Of a stretch of 64,000 nt of DNA, positions 48,850 through 62,225 are shown one piece after another. Made by a program: the position numbers and the translations under genes. The DNA lies in assembly GCA_963514005.1 (NCBI GenBank), contig OY740784.1:89156001-89220000 (forward strand), written 5' to 3'. Source of the DNA: Raja brachyura (Eukaryota). Within the stretch, counting starts at the first letter, position 1. Every line of letters begins with the position of its first letter. The notes under the pieces were generated by a model that was not told where the DNA came from, searched no databases, and saw only the letters and a list, made by a program, of their open reading frames with translations.

Positions 48850-50009
48850 TAAGGAGTAAGCTAAAAATTGAAATCAGTAGGGCAAAAAGGGGCCAGGAGA
48901 CAGCTCTGGCAGGTAGCATTGAGGACAATCCCAAAAGATTTTACAAATACTTAAGAGGGAAAAGGGTAACTAGAGAGAGAGAGAGTGGGAGCTCTCAAGA
49001 ACCAAAGCAGTCACATTTGTGTGAAGGCACGGGAGATGGGCGAGGTACTAAGTGAGTATTGCTCCTCAGTATTTACCGATGAGAAAGACAGTAGGACAGA
49101 GGAAATTGAAGCAGTCACTGGAAGTGTCTTCAGAGCAGTCAGAGTTACCATCGAGGAAGTACTGAATGTACTGTCGTGTTTGAAGGAGGACAAATCTCCA
49201 AGGCCTGATCAGATATATCCAAGGATATTGCAGGGAACTAAAGTGGAAATTGCAGGAGCCCTGGTTGAAATTTACGAGTCGTCTTTAAATACATGGAGAA
49301 GTGCAGAAGACTGGATGGAGGGTGGCAAATATTGTGCCTCTTTAAAAGAAGGACTACAAGGAAAATGCTGGGAACTATGGGCCAGTGAGCTTAACATCTG
49401 TAGTTGGTAATTTACTGGAAAGTATTCTGAGGGATATGATATACAGGCATTTGGATGGGCAAGGGTTAGGGATAGTCAGCATGGTTTTGTACGTGAAAGG
49501 TTGTGTCTCACAAATCTGATTGATTTTTTTGAAGAAGTGACCAAGTTGTGTACATGGCATTCTAGAAGGTAGGCTGCTCTGGATAGTATATTGGCGCCAT
49601 GGGAGGAAGCAGAGGGCGATGAAAGAAGGTTGCTGCTCAGACTGGAGGCCTGTGACTAGTGGTGTTCCTCAGGGTTCGTTGTTGGGCCCGTTACTGTTTG
49701 TCATCTACATCAATTATTTGAACAAACAAAGCAAGATTAGCAAGTTTGCTAATGATACACAGTTAGTGGCTTTACAAATAGTGAAGAAGGTTGTGAACGA
49801 TTGCAGCAGGATCTGGATCGATTGGCCAGGTGGGCAGAGGAATGGTAATGGAATTTAATACAGAAAGGTGTGAGGTGTTGCATTTTGGGACGTGAAATAA
49901 TGGCAGGACCTACACAGTAAATGGTAGGCCTCTGGGTAGTGTTGTAGAGCAGAGGGATCTAGGACTACAAATGCATGGTTCCTTGAAGGTCGAGTCGCAG
50001 GTAGATAAG

Positions 50010-51855
50010 TCAAGTCAAGTCAATTTTATTTCTGTAGCACATTTAAAAACAACTCTCATTGACATCAGTGCAGGTACTAACGTGCTACATACAGTGGTAC
50101 ATAGATCTACCAATGCATACATATATACATACATACAGCGCTTCCTCAGAGGACCTCAAGAAACGCTTGTGAGTAGCAATAGGTTTTAAGTCTAGACTTA
50201 AAAGAGTCGATGGAGGGGGCAGTTCTGATGAGAAGAGGGAAGCTGTTCCACAGGGGCAACCGCAAAAGCGCGGTCGCCCCTGAGCTTAAACCTGGACCAC
50301 GGGATAGTCAATAGCCCCAGGTCGGCCGACCTGAGGGACCTGGAGGTAGAATGGTGGGTTAGCAGATTTTTAATATAGGTGGGGGCAAGCCCGTTAAGGG
50401 CTTTGTATACATATAGGAGGAGCTTGAAGTTGATTCTGTACCGTACTGGGAGCCAGTGTAGAGGCCAGAATCGGGGTGATGTGGTCCCTATTACGGGTGC
50501 CCGTCAGAAGTCTCACTGTGGCGTTTTGGACCAATTGCAGGCGGGACAGGGATGATTGGCTGATGCCAGGGTAAAGGGAGTTGCAGTAATCAAGGCGGGA
50601 GGAGATAGATGTGTGGATGATCGTCGGATTGGAGGAATGGTTTGATTTTAGCTATCGTGCTAAATATCTGCCTGATATCGTTTTGATGAAGTCCTAGGTG
50701 CCGAGCAGGATGACCTCAGACTTGCTATCGATTAGTTGGAGGAGGTTCTGCGCCATCCAACATTTTATATCCTCGAGGCAGTGCTTAAGGCTGAGTAGAT
50801 TTGATTGGTTGTTGGGTTTCATGGGGAGATAGAGCTGTGCATCGTCTGCATAGCAGTGGATGGAAATGCCATGCCTTTGAATGACTTGGCCTAAGGAGAG
50901 CATATACAGGGAGAAGAGACTGGGGCCTAGGATGGAGCCTTGTGGAACCCCGCAGCAAAGGCTAGCTGGGGAAGAGAAAGAGTTGTTTATATCTGTAGAG
51001 AAACTCCCATCTTTGAGGTAGGAAACGAACCAGCTCAGGGCAGTGCCATCAATGCCAACCACATACCGGAGAAGGGCAATTAGGATGGTGTGGTCCACTG
51101 TATCAAACTCTGCGCTGAGGTCGTGAAGGAGCAGGATTGCACAGTTCCCGAAGTCGATGGCGAGAAGCAGGTCGTTATGTACCTCCAACAAGGCAGACTC
51201 TGCAGTGCTGGGCCCTAAAAACTGATTGGAAACTTTCCAGGAAGGTATTTTGGTGTAGGTAAGGCATTAGTTGATTTAGAATTACCTTTTCAAGGACTTT
51301 TCAAAGGAAAGGCAGTTTGGAAATAGGTCTGTAGTTGTTAGGCCAGGTAGGGTCTAGGTTGGGTTTTTTCAGGAAGGGCTGGACCACCGCGTGCTTGAAA
51401 CAGGTTGGAACAGTGCCAGTGGCACTGGCTGTTGTAATGACATCCTTCAGAAGGGCAGTGGGGACAACGTCAAGTGGGAAGGTTGCAGGTTTCATAGTGG
51501 AGACCAGATTTACAAGGGAGGGTAGAGTAACGGGTTGGAAACAGTCTAATTTAGAAGAACAGACCAATGAGACAGCTAGGTCACGGATGGGAGGGGAAAT
51601 ATTCGTTCTAATGTTCTCAACTTTGCTGAAGAAAAATGTAGTAAATTCTTCGCACTTAGCAGGGACCCAGATAAGCTGGTACTGGGGGCAGGACATATGA
51701 CAGAGGAAATGGTACTAAATAGGGCCTTGGAATTATGGGCTTTTTTGGAAATATGGTCGGAAAAGTATTGTGTTCTCGCAGACTTTACTGCTTCCTGGTA
51801 TTTGAGAAGATTGTTTCTCAGAAGATTGAAGGAAAATTGAAGCTAAGGAATTTGA
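50010..51855 (-). mobile_element. L2-clade LINE, truncated, inserted in CR1
   Basis: ORFs 51301..51696 (LKKPNLDP..NNYRPISKLPFL) and 50694..51191 (DLSAEFDTVDH, GVPQGSILGP, HCYADDAQLY); TSD AGATAAG at 50003-50009 and 51856-51862; (CTTGA)n tail. Confidence 0.92.
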
Positions 51856-52409
51856 AGATAAGGTGGTCAAAAAGGCTTTTGGCACATTGGCCTTCATCAG
51901 TCAGAGTATTGAGTATAGAAGTTGAGAGGTCATGTTGCAGTTTTATAAGACGTTGGTGAGACCGCATTTAGAATATTGTGTTCAGTTCTGGGCACCATGT
52001 TATGTGAAAGATACTGTCAAGCTTGAAAGGGTTCAGAAAATATTTATGAGGATGTTGCCCGGCCTAGAGGGTGTGAGATATAGGGGAAGGTTGAGTAGGC
52101 TGGGTCTCTATTCCATGAAGCGCAGGAGGATGAGGGGTGATGTTAAAGAGGTGTACAAAATCTTTAAAGGAATAGGTCGGGTAGATGCACAGAGTCTCAT
52201 GCCCAAAGTAGAGGAATCGAGGACCAGAGGACATAGGATCAAGGAGAACAGGAAAAGACTTAATAGGAATCCGAAGGGTAACTTTTTCACTCAAAGAGTG
52301 GTGGGTGTATGGAACCAGCTGCCAGAGGAGGTAGGTGTGACTGGGACTATCCCATCATTTAAGAAACATTTATACAGGTACATGGATATTGTATAATATC
52401 CTATATTAT

Positions 52410-52965
52410 AATCCTATATTCGATTCCTCTTGTTATAAAGGCCAAAATACCATTCGCTTTCTTCACTGCCTGCTGTACCTGCATGCTGACTTTCATAGAC
52501 TGATGTACAAGGACCCTTCTCATCCTTCTAAACTCCAGAGTGTACAAGCCCAGCTGCTCCATTCTCTCAGCATATGACAGTCAATAGCAAGAATGTCCTT
52601 CCTCAAATTAGGGGACCAAAACTGCACACAATACTCCAGGTGTGGTCTCAATTGGGCTCTGTACAACTGCAGAAGGACCTCTTTGCTCCTATATTCGATT
52701 CCTCTTGTTATAAAGGCCAACATGCCATTTGCTTTCTTCACTGCCTGCTGTACCTGCATGCTTACTTTCTTAGACTGATGTACAAGGACGCCGAGATCCC
52801 GTTGTACTTCCCCTTTTCCCAACTTGACGCCATTTAGATAGTAATCTGCCTTCCTGTTTTTGCTACCAAAGTGGAGAACATCCCATTTATCTGCATTAAA
52901 CTTCATCTGCCATGCATCCGCCCATTCCCCCAACCTATCCAAGTCACCCTGCATTCTCATGGCAT
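52410..52965 (-). mobile_element. Rearranged CR1 RT fragments
   Basis: ORF 52520..52960; ~100 bp at 52414-52514 duplicates 52689-52789. Confidence 0.85.
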
Positions 52966-53509
52966 CCTAACATCACGTTCGAATGTGGTTGAGGCAGATG
53001 CTCTCCAAACATTTATGAAGATTGGTGTTGATAGGCACCTGGTTGGTATTGCTAACATAGTGAATAGTAGGGCCTGCTTCTGTTACCCTATGACACTTCG
53101 GTGGGTCTCCTGGGACTTTTAGACATGGTTGAAACCATGTAAACAGGTGCAGAAAGAGTTCACAACTGTGGGCTCATTCACTTCAAAGCAAAGCCAGACC
53201 GAGAATCTGATCTATGGGAGGGCGTCCTCTGAAAGGCCAACACACACCTGTGCACACACAGGATCAAAACTGGGTCTCTGGCGCTGTGAGGCAGCAGCAC
53301 TACCAGCTGCACCGCTATGCTGCTATGAATCTATGATGCTTCTTGTCCCTCTTCCAAAATCACTAAAGTAGATTATGCGGTTATTATCAGATTGTTGTTT
53401 CTGACAGTTTACTATGTGTAATATGGCTGCATTTGCTACAGAACAATTCCTATATTTTCTAAATGTACAATGACCATAAAACACTTTAGACTGTCTCGAA
53501 GGAATGAAG

Positions 53510-53693
53510 NNNNNNNNNNNNNNNNNNNNNNNNNNNNNNNNNNNNNNNNNNNNNNNNNNNNNNNNNNNNNNNNNNNNNNNNNNNNNNNNNNNNNNNNNNN
53601 NNNNNNNNNNNNNNNNNNNNNNNNNNNNNNNNNNNNNNNNNNNNNNNNNNNNNNNNNNNNNNNNNNNNNNNNNNNNNNNNNNNNNNNNNNNNN
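53510..53693. other. Assembly gap
   Basis: N run. Confidence 1.
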
Positions 53694-54405
53694 GACACGC
53701 TAGAGGCAGGAAACATGTTCCCGATGTTGGGGGAGTCCAGAACCAGGGGCCACAGTTTAAGAATAAGGAGTAAACCATTTAGAACGGAGACGAGGAAACA
53801 CTTTTTCTCACAGAGAGTGGTGAGTCTGTGGAATTCTCTGCCTCAGAGGGCGGTGGAGGCGGGTTCTCTGGATGCTTTCAAGCGAGAAATAGGGCTTTAG
53901 GGGTCTTAAAAATAGCGGAGTCAGGGGATATGGGGAGAAAGCAGGAACGGGGTACTGATTGTGGATGATCAGACATGATCGCATTGAATGGCGGTGCTGG
54001 CTCGAAGGGCCGAATGGCCTACTCCTGCACCTATTGTCTATTGTTTATTGACTGGACAAGCTAGAAGCAGGAAAAATGTTCCCAATGTTGGGGGATTCCA
54101 GAACCAGGGGCCACAGTCTAAGAATAAAGGGGGGGCCATTTAAAATTGAGATGAGAGAAAACTTTTTCACCCAGTGAGTCGTGAATTTGTGGAATTCTCT
54201 GCCACAGAAGGCAGAAGCGGCCAATTCACTGGATGAATTTAAAAGAGTTAGATAGAGCTCGTGGAAGGGCTCTATATAAGAAGGGCTAGTGGAATCAAGG
54301 GATATGGGGAGAAGGCAGGCATGGGTTACTGATTGTGGATGATCAGCCTTGATCTCAATGAATGGAGGTGCTGGCTCAAGGGCCAAATGGCCTCCTCCTG
54401 CACCT
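53694..54405 (+). mobile_element. Two tandem CR1 3' ends (53694-54049 and 54050-54405)
   Basis: Both carry GESRTRGH/FFSQRVV-type sequence and the 3' UTR. Confidence 0.9.
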
Positions 54406-54647
54406 NNNNNNNNNNNNNNNNNNNNNNNNNNNNNNNNNNNNNNNNNNNNNNNNNNNNNNNNNNNNNNNNNNNNNNNNNNNNNNNNNNNNNNNNNNNNNNN
54501 NNNNNNNNNNNNNNNNNNNNNNNNNNNNNNNNNNNNNNNNNNNNNNNNNNNNNNNNNNNNNNNNNNNNNNNNNNNNNNNNNNNNNNNNNNNNNNNNNNNN
54601 NNNNNNNNNNNNNNNNNNNNNNNNNNNNNNNNNNNNNNNNNNNNNNN
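54406..54647. other. Assembly gap
   Basis: N run. Confidence 1.
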
Positions 54648-54799
54648 TCCTCCGGTATCCACCCATATTTGGGTTGTTAAACATATGGAAATATCCAAGT
54701 TGATGGCAGATAGCTCTGCTGTTTGCGCCCTGAACGGATCAGCAAAATGGTCTCCTTAGTGCACGCCCAATCACATTGCACTAAGTTGAATAATTATTT

Positions 54800-54965
54800 A
54801 TCTAGAAAACCCATGCGGTCACGGGGAGATCGTACAAACTACGTACAGACAGTACTCATAGTCGGGATCGGCATTGGTAGCATAGTCGGGGTCGGCATAT
54901 TCAGGTCTCCGGCATTGGAAGCGCTGTAAGGCAGCAACTCTACTGCTGCACAACTGTGCCACCCA
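54800..54965 (-). mobile_element. V-SINE 5' fragment
   Basis: AAACCCATGCGGTCACGGGGAGATCGTACAAACT is the reverse V domain; tRNA-like head follows. Confidence 0.75.
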
Positions 54966-55277
54966 ATGTTTTGGAATACATGGGTTAAAAATCATGCTGT
55001 ATAATATAGATGGTCAGAAAATATCATGTCAGTGAAAATTTGTTCTTGTGAAGGGTCTTAGATCTGAAATATTAACTTTAGTTCTCTTTCCAGAGACACT
55101 GCCTGATCTGCTGAGTGTTTCGAGCATTTTTGTTTTTTTAATATAATTGTTAAGTTAAAAAGCATGGTGTATGAATTGTCTGATTCTGCTGCATCTTTCC
55201 ATTGTTTACAAAGATCTTTCAAATAAATCAAATGTTTTATCTACTGCGAATATGGTTTTATCTAGTGGAAACATTTG

Positions 55278-55735
55278 TTAGTTTAATTTAGTTTATCGTC
55301 ACATGTACCGAGGTACGGAGAATGCTAACCAGTTGCCTGCCAACCAGTCAGCAGAAAGACAATGCATTCAAGCCATCCATAGTGTACAAATAAATGATAA
55401 AGGGAATAACATGAATAGCGATTAGTGCAAGATAAAGTCCAATAAATTCCAAACAAAGATATTCTGAGGGTCTCCAACCAGGGAGATAGTACCTCAAGAC
55501 TGCTCTCTAGTTGTAGGTAGGATGGTTCAGTTCCCCGATAACAGCTGGGAAGAAACTGTCCCTGAGTCTGGACGCGTGCGTTTTCACAATTCTACACCTC
55601 TTGCCTGATGGGAGAGGGGAGAATAGGGAGTGTTTTTGTTTTGTAAAATGTTTTTGACGGCGCATCTGTAGAAGTTGGTGAGAGTTGTTGGCGTCATGCC
55701 AAATTTCCTAATCCTTCCAAGGAAGTAGCATTTGA
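55278..55735 (-). mobile_element. Rex1/Babar 3' fragment
   Basis: GGGAAGAAACTGTCCCTGA (RDSFFP reversed); (TTTAG)n tail. Confidence 0.8.
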
Positions 55736-57057
55736 CCTCTGACAAGTTTCTCAGAATGGGGAAGGAAGTTTCAACATGTTTTTTTCACACAAAATCTCAC
55801 GGTGGTCTGCTGAGGCGCCAAGTATGAGATGATTGAAACTGTTGATATGACTGAATGTGAGATAAATGGTGCAGCTCGGTATGATTGGAGATGAGAGCAG
55901 AAATAACCTGAGGTATTGCAATCTTTGCCAGAACAGTGAGCTTGCTGAGTATAAATAGCAGCTTCCTGAAATAATTATACAGGTTTTGTCAAAAACATCA
56001 ATACTGCTGCACTTGCAACAGATCACTCTTTCATGATCACAATTGATGTTTCAAATGTTCTGATGTAGAACTCTTAACAAACCACAATTTTTCACTTACA
56101 AGTAAGCTATTGATGGCACCAGTACCAGCGTAGCTGTTCTACAGTTGTGGGTATATTTACAACAAAGCACTTCCTTCAAAATATGGAACACTTCCTTTAA
56201 AATATGTTTTATTCACTCTGCCTTTATCTGTTTAAGCAAAGCAAATGGCTAAATGCATCGGGTCATTTCCTCCTCCTTCATTCCCAATTCAAGTTGCAGT
56301 TGGCTATCCTGTTGAAACGCTGGCGATGAATACCTGGAGATGAATGTGTTGCCTTTGCCCTGTGATTTAATGGCTGTCATTAGCTGCTTTTCGAGCCCCA
56401 TCACCAGCAGTCACTTCCTGGATGAGCAGTTCACATTAGCTTGTCAATTAGCCATCAACTAAAGGCACCAGCACTTTGCAGAATGCAAAGGGGGATTAAA
56501 TAAAGACAGCAATTGACAAGACCCTCATCAGAAGCTGTGTAACGTCCCTAACCCTCCAGTGACACAGTCAGGAAGATCAATCAACATGTCTGATTTAAGT
56601 CTCCACAGCGGAAAGCTTGAAGATTAACCTCTGAATTCCATCAATAAACTGATTGTGTTTACTCTCTCCTTCTCCTTTGTTGAAGGCACTGATTTTTGCT
56701 GATACACCATGCCATGAATATTGATACAGTATATCTCCAGTGCCCCTCGTCTTAAATAAAATGCTGGAAAATAGCAGAGACTATGGAAAAATAAGTTGTT
56801 AATGTTACAGCATCTCTGGAGAGAAGGAATGGGTGATGTTTCGGGTTGAGACCCTCCTTCACACAGTGGGTGCCTTTGCCGTCCAAATGTGGGTGACTTC
56901 TTGGTAATGTCCATTTTGTCTGCCTTCAACTTGGCATCTTGCACAAATCACTGAGTGGTAGGAATGCGTGTTGACTTTGGCTGAACTGAACCACCTCAGC
57001 TCAAAATATAGAAACAAGGAACTGCAGATGCTGGTTTACAAAAATAGACACAATGTG

Positions 57058-57890
57058 TTCAGTTCAGATTATTGTCACGTGTACTGATATACAATAAAAA
57101 GCTTTTGTTGCTTTTGATACTTTTGTTGTGTGCTAACCAGTCAGCAGAAAGACAATACATGATTACAATCGATCCATTTACAGTATATAGAGACATGATA
57201 AGGAAATAATGTTTAGTGCAAGATAAAGCCAGCAAAGTCTGATCAAGGATAGCCCGAGGTAGAGTAGATAGTAGTTCCACACTGCTCTCTGGTTGTGGTA
57301 GGGTGATTCAGTTGCCTGATAATACTTGGGAAGAAACTGTCCCTGAATCTGGTGGTGTGCGTTTTCACACTTCTTTGCCTTTTGCCTGATGGGAGAGGGG
57401 AGAAGAGGGAGTGTCCAGGGTGCGATTCGTCCATGATTATGCTGCTGGCCTTGCCGAGGCAGCGTGAGGTATAAATGGAGTCAAGAGAAAGAAGGATGAT
57501 TTGTGTGATGGTCTGGGCTGCATCCACAATTCGTTGCGATTTCTTGCTGTCTTGAATGGAGCTGTTCCCAAACCAAGCTGTGATGCGTCCTGATAAAATG
57601 CTTTCTATGGTGCATCAGTCAAAGTTGGTGAGAGTTGTAGGGTTCATGGTAAACCTCCTAAGCCTTCTAAGGAAGTAGAGGCGTTGGTGTGCTTTCTTGG
57701 TCTTTGCTTCAATATGGGTGGTCCAGGAGAAGTTGTTGGTGATATTGACTCCTACAAATTTGAAGTTTTCAATCATCCCTACATCGACAACGTCAATGCA
57801 AACTGGGGTATGTGTACCGCTTCACTTCCTGAAGTTGATCACTATCTCCTTTATCTTGCTGACATTCAGAGAATGGTTGTTGTCTCAACA
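57058..57890 (-). mobile_element. Rex1/Babar 3' fragment
   Basis: ORF 57243..57527 SHPGHSLFSPLPSGKR...TTRFRDSFFPS. Confidence 0.85.
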
Positions 57891-58384
57891 TCAGTGCTGG
57901 AGTAACTCAACAAGACTGACATCATCCCTGGAGAATATGGATAGGCGATATTTTGGTTTGAGTCCCTTCTTCGGACTCATTGTTTGCGTGTGTGTGTGGG
58001 GGGGGGGGGGGTAAGGGGAAAATCAAAGAGGAGGGGCAGACAATGCCTGGTAGGTAATAGGTGGATGCTTGGGAGAGTAGGTTTTGATAGACAAACGGTT
58101 GGGCAAAAGTCAGAGGTGAAAAGACAGAAAGTGTGAGACAAAAAGGATGCCTGACACATTTGAGTTAATCTAGCAATTTGTGTCTTTATTTTTCATTAGC
58201 TCAAAGGCTTTAGGACCTACATGTGGTACATTGACTTCATTAACTGAGAGCAGCAAAAATGTAACAAGGGGATCTTTTGGATGGTCTTGCCACTAATTTG
58301 TATTGCTTTTCAGTGCAGCGATTCACAGATAGTAACATTTTCATTCTTGATGAATGGCAACCTACCTCCATTCCTATAACCGTG

Positions 58385-58735
58385 AGCCATACAGCATAGA
58401 AATACCCTTCAGCCATTGATTATGTCCCCTTCCTCAAGCGCTCATTACTAATCCTACTCTTACCCTATTTATTCTCCCCATATTCCCATCGCCTCCTCCC
58501 ACATTCCACCAGTCACCTACACACTGAGGGCAATTTACAATGACCCATTAATCTCACCAACCTGCAGGGTTCAGAAATGTGGGAGGAAGCTGGAGAACAT
58601 TGCAGAATGTCATGTGGTCACAGATAGAACATATAAACCTCACACAGGGAGCAACAGAGCAACAGAGAGTCAGACCTGAAGCAAGATTACTGGAGTTGTG
58701 AGGCAGCAGCACCACTAACTGGGTGCCACTGCATT
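58385..58735 (-). mobile_element. Degenerate V-SINE
   Basis: TGTGGGAGGAAGCTGGAG reverse V domain; GTGAGGCAGCAGCACCACTAACTG head. Confidence 0.6.
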
Positions 58736-59714
58736 GCTCATGAAATGTCTGCTCTGATCTCCTCCAAACCAGGCCTCGAGCATCAATCTCTCCAGAGATG
58801 CTGCCTGACCTATTGAGTTGCTCTGGCACTTTCTGTCCTTTTGTGTAAACCAGCATCTGCAGTTCCTAGTTTCTACAAATTGACTGCTCCACTGCAAAAT
58901 CTCTCTAGAGATGCTGCCTGACTTGCTGTGTCACTAAAGCACTCTGTGTCCACATCATTTAAATTGTTGGACTCCTCATGGTCTTTAATCACTGAAGTCC
59001 TCACAGCTTGGAATTCTGATCCTACTAACTCCCTCACCTCCTTTATGAGACATGTTAAATCAAATCTCTGGCTCAACCTTGTCTCCTTGTTACCATGGCA
59101 TAACATTTAGTTTGGAAATCCTCCCGCAAAGCAGCTTGGGATGTTCCACTGCATTACATTTCAGGATGTTACTCTTGTACAGGGACAACAAGGGATCACA
59201 ATTAGGTAAATTGCGTTAACTGGAGAAAGGACATGGCCCTGGGTCGCTTCCTAGCATAACTTGTCTTGTTCACGAGCAGGTCCAACCCAGCAGTCACTGG
59301 CTTCCTGTGTTATTACTGGGGCTCAACCATTGTGTTTCTAAATCCAGGAAATAAAACATGGTCACCAGTCTCAGTGCAAGTTGTCCATTCAAATAAAGGT
59401 GATGCTTATTGTGAACCATCATTCAGACGCTTTGTCTCCAAAAGGATTAATAATTTGTGAAGTGCTGATTGCGTAGTTCATCTCCTGGGTTTTTGTAAGC
59501 AATTAGAGGCTGCTGTTCGAGTTCAAACTCTAGGATAATGTCTGGTCTGCAGAACTGGAATGCGATGACGTAGAGAATCGGTTTGGAAGCTTTTGTTTGA
59601 AGGAAAGAAAAGCTTCTGGTAAAATACCGTGGATGGCATCTCAGTCTGCTGTCTGTTAAATTAATCAGCCATGGGGAGGCAAGGGGGAGGTCGACAGGAC
59701 TGACTGTAGGGAGA

Positions 59715-60100
59715 ACCTATGCCTCTGATTCAGAATTTGTGTTCAAATCTCACTGCAGGTTTGAGCACAAAAATTTGGCAAGAATTCCAATCTGGTATCC
59801 AGGGAATGTTGCACTGTCTTAGATGCTGTCTTTTAAAAAAATGTTGAAATCAATGCCTTGTATTTTCTCTCAAGGATTCCATGGAGCAATTTCAAAAAGA
59901 TTGGGGAAATAATATTGAGAAGATCAGAGGGACTCATCTCTAGTGTCATGGCCTATTATAAATGCATTATAATACATTTAATAAATATTTAATAATGGTT
60001 AATAAACATTTTGAAAATAAACTATACATTCATTTTTGTTCATGAAGGTCTGTCTGTTAACAAGCAACCACCGTTCCCAGTTTACAACAATGGCTACAAA
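59715..60100 (+). mobile_element. Deu-domain SINE remnant
   Basis: GTTCAAATCTCACTGCAGGTTTGAGCACAAAAAT...GGGAATGTTGCACTGTCTTAGATGCTGTCTTT. Confidence 0.55.
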
Positions 60101-60924
60101 GATCCCTCAGTGTCAGAGCTGCATGTTGTGATGTATTCAAAAGGAGATGAAATGTGCTGATGGAAAAATGTGCAAGATGTACCAACCAACGTCTTACAGA
60201 TCAGAAGGATACAGTCTCTAAACTTATGCCTTCAGAGTAATTCAACCAAAGCTCTTTGGCGACACCAATGGATCTTAGCTTTGGCTCAGAGATAATGAAA
60301 TAATTATTCATGAGTTGTGCTCTGATCATAACCAATTAAAAAAGCAAATCAAGCTCTGCTGTGATCGTTTTCTGAAAGTGAATGAATGAATACAAGTACA
60401 TGTAGAAACATACAAACTAGAAGCAGGAGTGGCCCACGGGGCTCTTCCATATGAGTGATCTGATTGTAATCTCAACTTCACACTCCTGTCCACTGGTTGC
60501 AACCTTTCAACATAAGAAGCTATCTGCTCTGCCTTAAAAATATTCAAAAACTCAACTGCCCTTGCCCTCTCAGGAAGAGAGTTCTAAAGACACAAACCCT
60601 CTGAGAACAAATTAATACTTATTTTTCTTAAATGGTGACACTATTTAAAGCGGTGACTCTTAAATGGTGACACTTTATTTAAATTTAAAGCCTTATTTCA
60701 TGATTCTATTACCAGAAGAAACATTATGTCCATATCAGTTCTGATGAAGGGTTTCCAACTTAAACATTAACTCTGTTTCTATTTCCTCATTGCTGCCAGT
60801 GTTTCCACTATTTTCAGCCTTCCTTTTCCAGCGGCATTTTTGATTTTAATTTTCACGTCCACTTATCAAAACCTCTCAGGACCTTATATGTTCCCTCTCA
60901 CTCTTCTAAACTAAGGTGGGTATT

Positions 60925-62225
60925 AACGACTTGGACGTAAATGTCGATGGGTTGAGTAGGAAGTTTTCAGGGGACAGCAAATTCAATGGAGTTGCGGACA
61001 ATGAAGAGGGCTGTTAACATATACAGTGGAAGTATACAGTGAGATAGCGATCAGCTAAAGAAATGGGTGGAAAAATGGCAGAGAGTTTAATCCAAGCAAG
61101 TGTGAGGTGTTACATGTTGGGAGGTTGAATATAAGGGGAAAGTATACAGTTCAAATCCTTAACAACATTGATGCATAAAATGGGTTTGAGGTCAGTGGCT
61201 GAAGCTGCCTCAAAAAGGCTGGCAGCATCATCAAGGACCCACACCACCCTGGCCACACACTCATCTCCCTGCTACCTTCGGGTAGAAGGTACAGGAGCCT
61301 GAAGACTGCAACAACCTGGTTTAGGAATAGCTACTTCCCCACAGCCATCAGGCTATTAAACTTGGCTCGGAACTCTGAACATTAATATCCCTCCATCTGT
61401 TAGTTGCACTTTATTAATTTATTAATTCATGTGTGTATTTATGTATATAATTGTAGTCAATGCCTTCTATGTTCTGTTGTGCTATGCAAAGAAATATTTT
61501 CATTGACCTGTCAGGGACACATGACAATAAACTCTTTTGACTTTGACTTTGAAGTGGCAAAACAAATAGATAGAGTGGTAAAGAAGGCATTAGTGTTCTT
61601 TCCTTCATCAGTCATGGCATTGAGTATCAGTGTCATGAAGTCATGTTTCAGCTTTATTGGACTTTGGTTAAGCTGCATTGGGATAATTGTGTGCAGTTTT
61701 GGTCACCACACTGCCAGTAGGATGTGGAGGTTTTGGAGATGGTGTGGAAGAGGTTTACCAGAATGCTGCTGAGATGTGAAGGTATTATCTATGAAGATAG
61801 TTTGGACAAACTTGGATTGTTTTCACTGGCGTATCAGAGGCTGTGGAGAGGTCTAGTAGAATATAAGATTATGAGAGACGTATATAGAATCGACAGTCAG
61901 AATCTGTTTTCCTAGGTGTAAGTGTCAAATATGAAAGGGCATAGCTTTGAGGTGAAGGAGCATTGTTTAAAGGAAGTGGTGGGTAGGCTTTTTACACAGA
62001 GCGCAGTGGGTGCCTGTAACACACTGCTAGAAGTGGGCAGAGGCAGATCAAATAGGGGCCTTTAAGAGGCTTTTCGATCAGTACATGGATATGCAGGGAA
62101 TGGAGGGATATGGATCATGCAAACAGAGGAGATTAGTTAAATTAGGCATTTTGTTCGGCATGGACATTGTGCGCTGAAGAGGCTATAGGGTACTGTATTG
62201 TTCTCTGCTCTATGTTCTATGTTCT
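60925..62225 (+). mobile_element. Decayed CR1 3' half with a Rex1 3' fragment nested at ~61195-61550
   Basis: FNPSKCEVLH motif; ORF 61724..61915; insert encodes DPHHPGHTLISLLPSGRRYRSL and ends (TTTGAC)n. Confidence 0.85.

Larger units (their letters stand above)
46210..52390 (+). mobile_element. Near full-length decayed CR1 with ORF1 SGNH-esterase domain and ORF2, carrying three nested insertions
   Basis: ORF1 motifs RAIVVGVSIVRG, CLPGARVQDV, VVQVGTND, LHLNWRG; ORF2 start YFNAK...[29 protein letters not shown]; C-terminal ORF 51932..52396. Confidence 0.9.

Noticed and set aside
54045-54759. Long ORFs spanning N runs (also around 22255 and 53510)
   Set aside because: Artefacts of assembly gaps.
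60628-60685. ~32-bp tandem duplication TTAAATGGTGACACT
   Set aside because: Ordinary local duplication within an old CR1 remnant.
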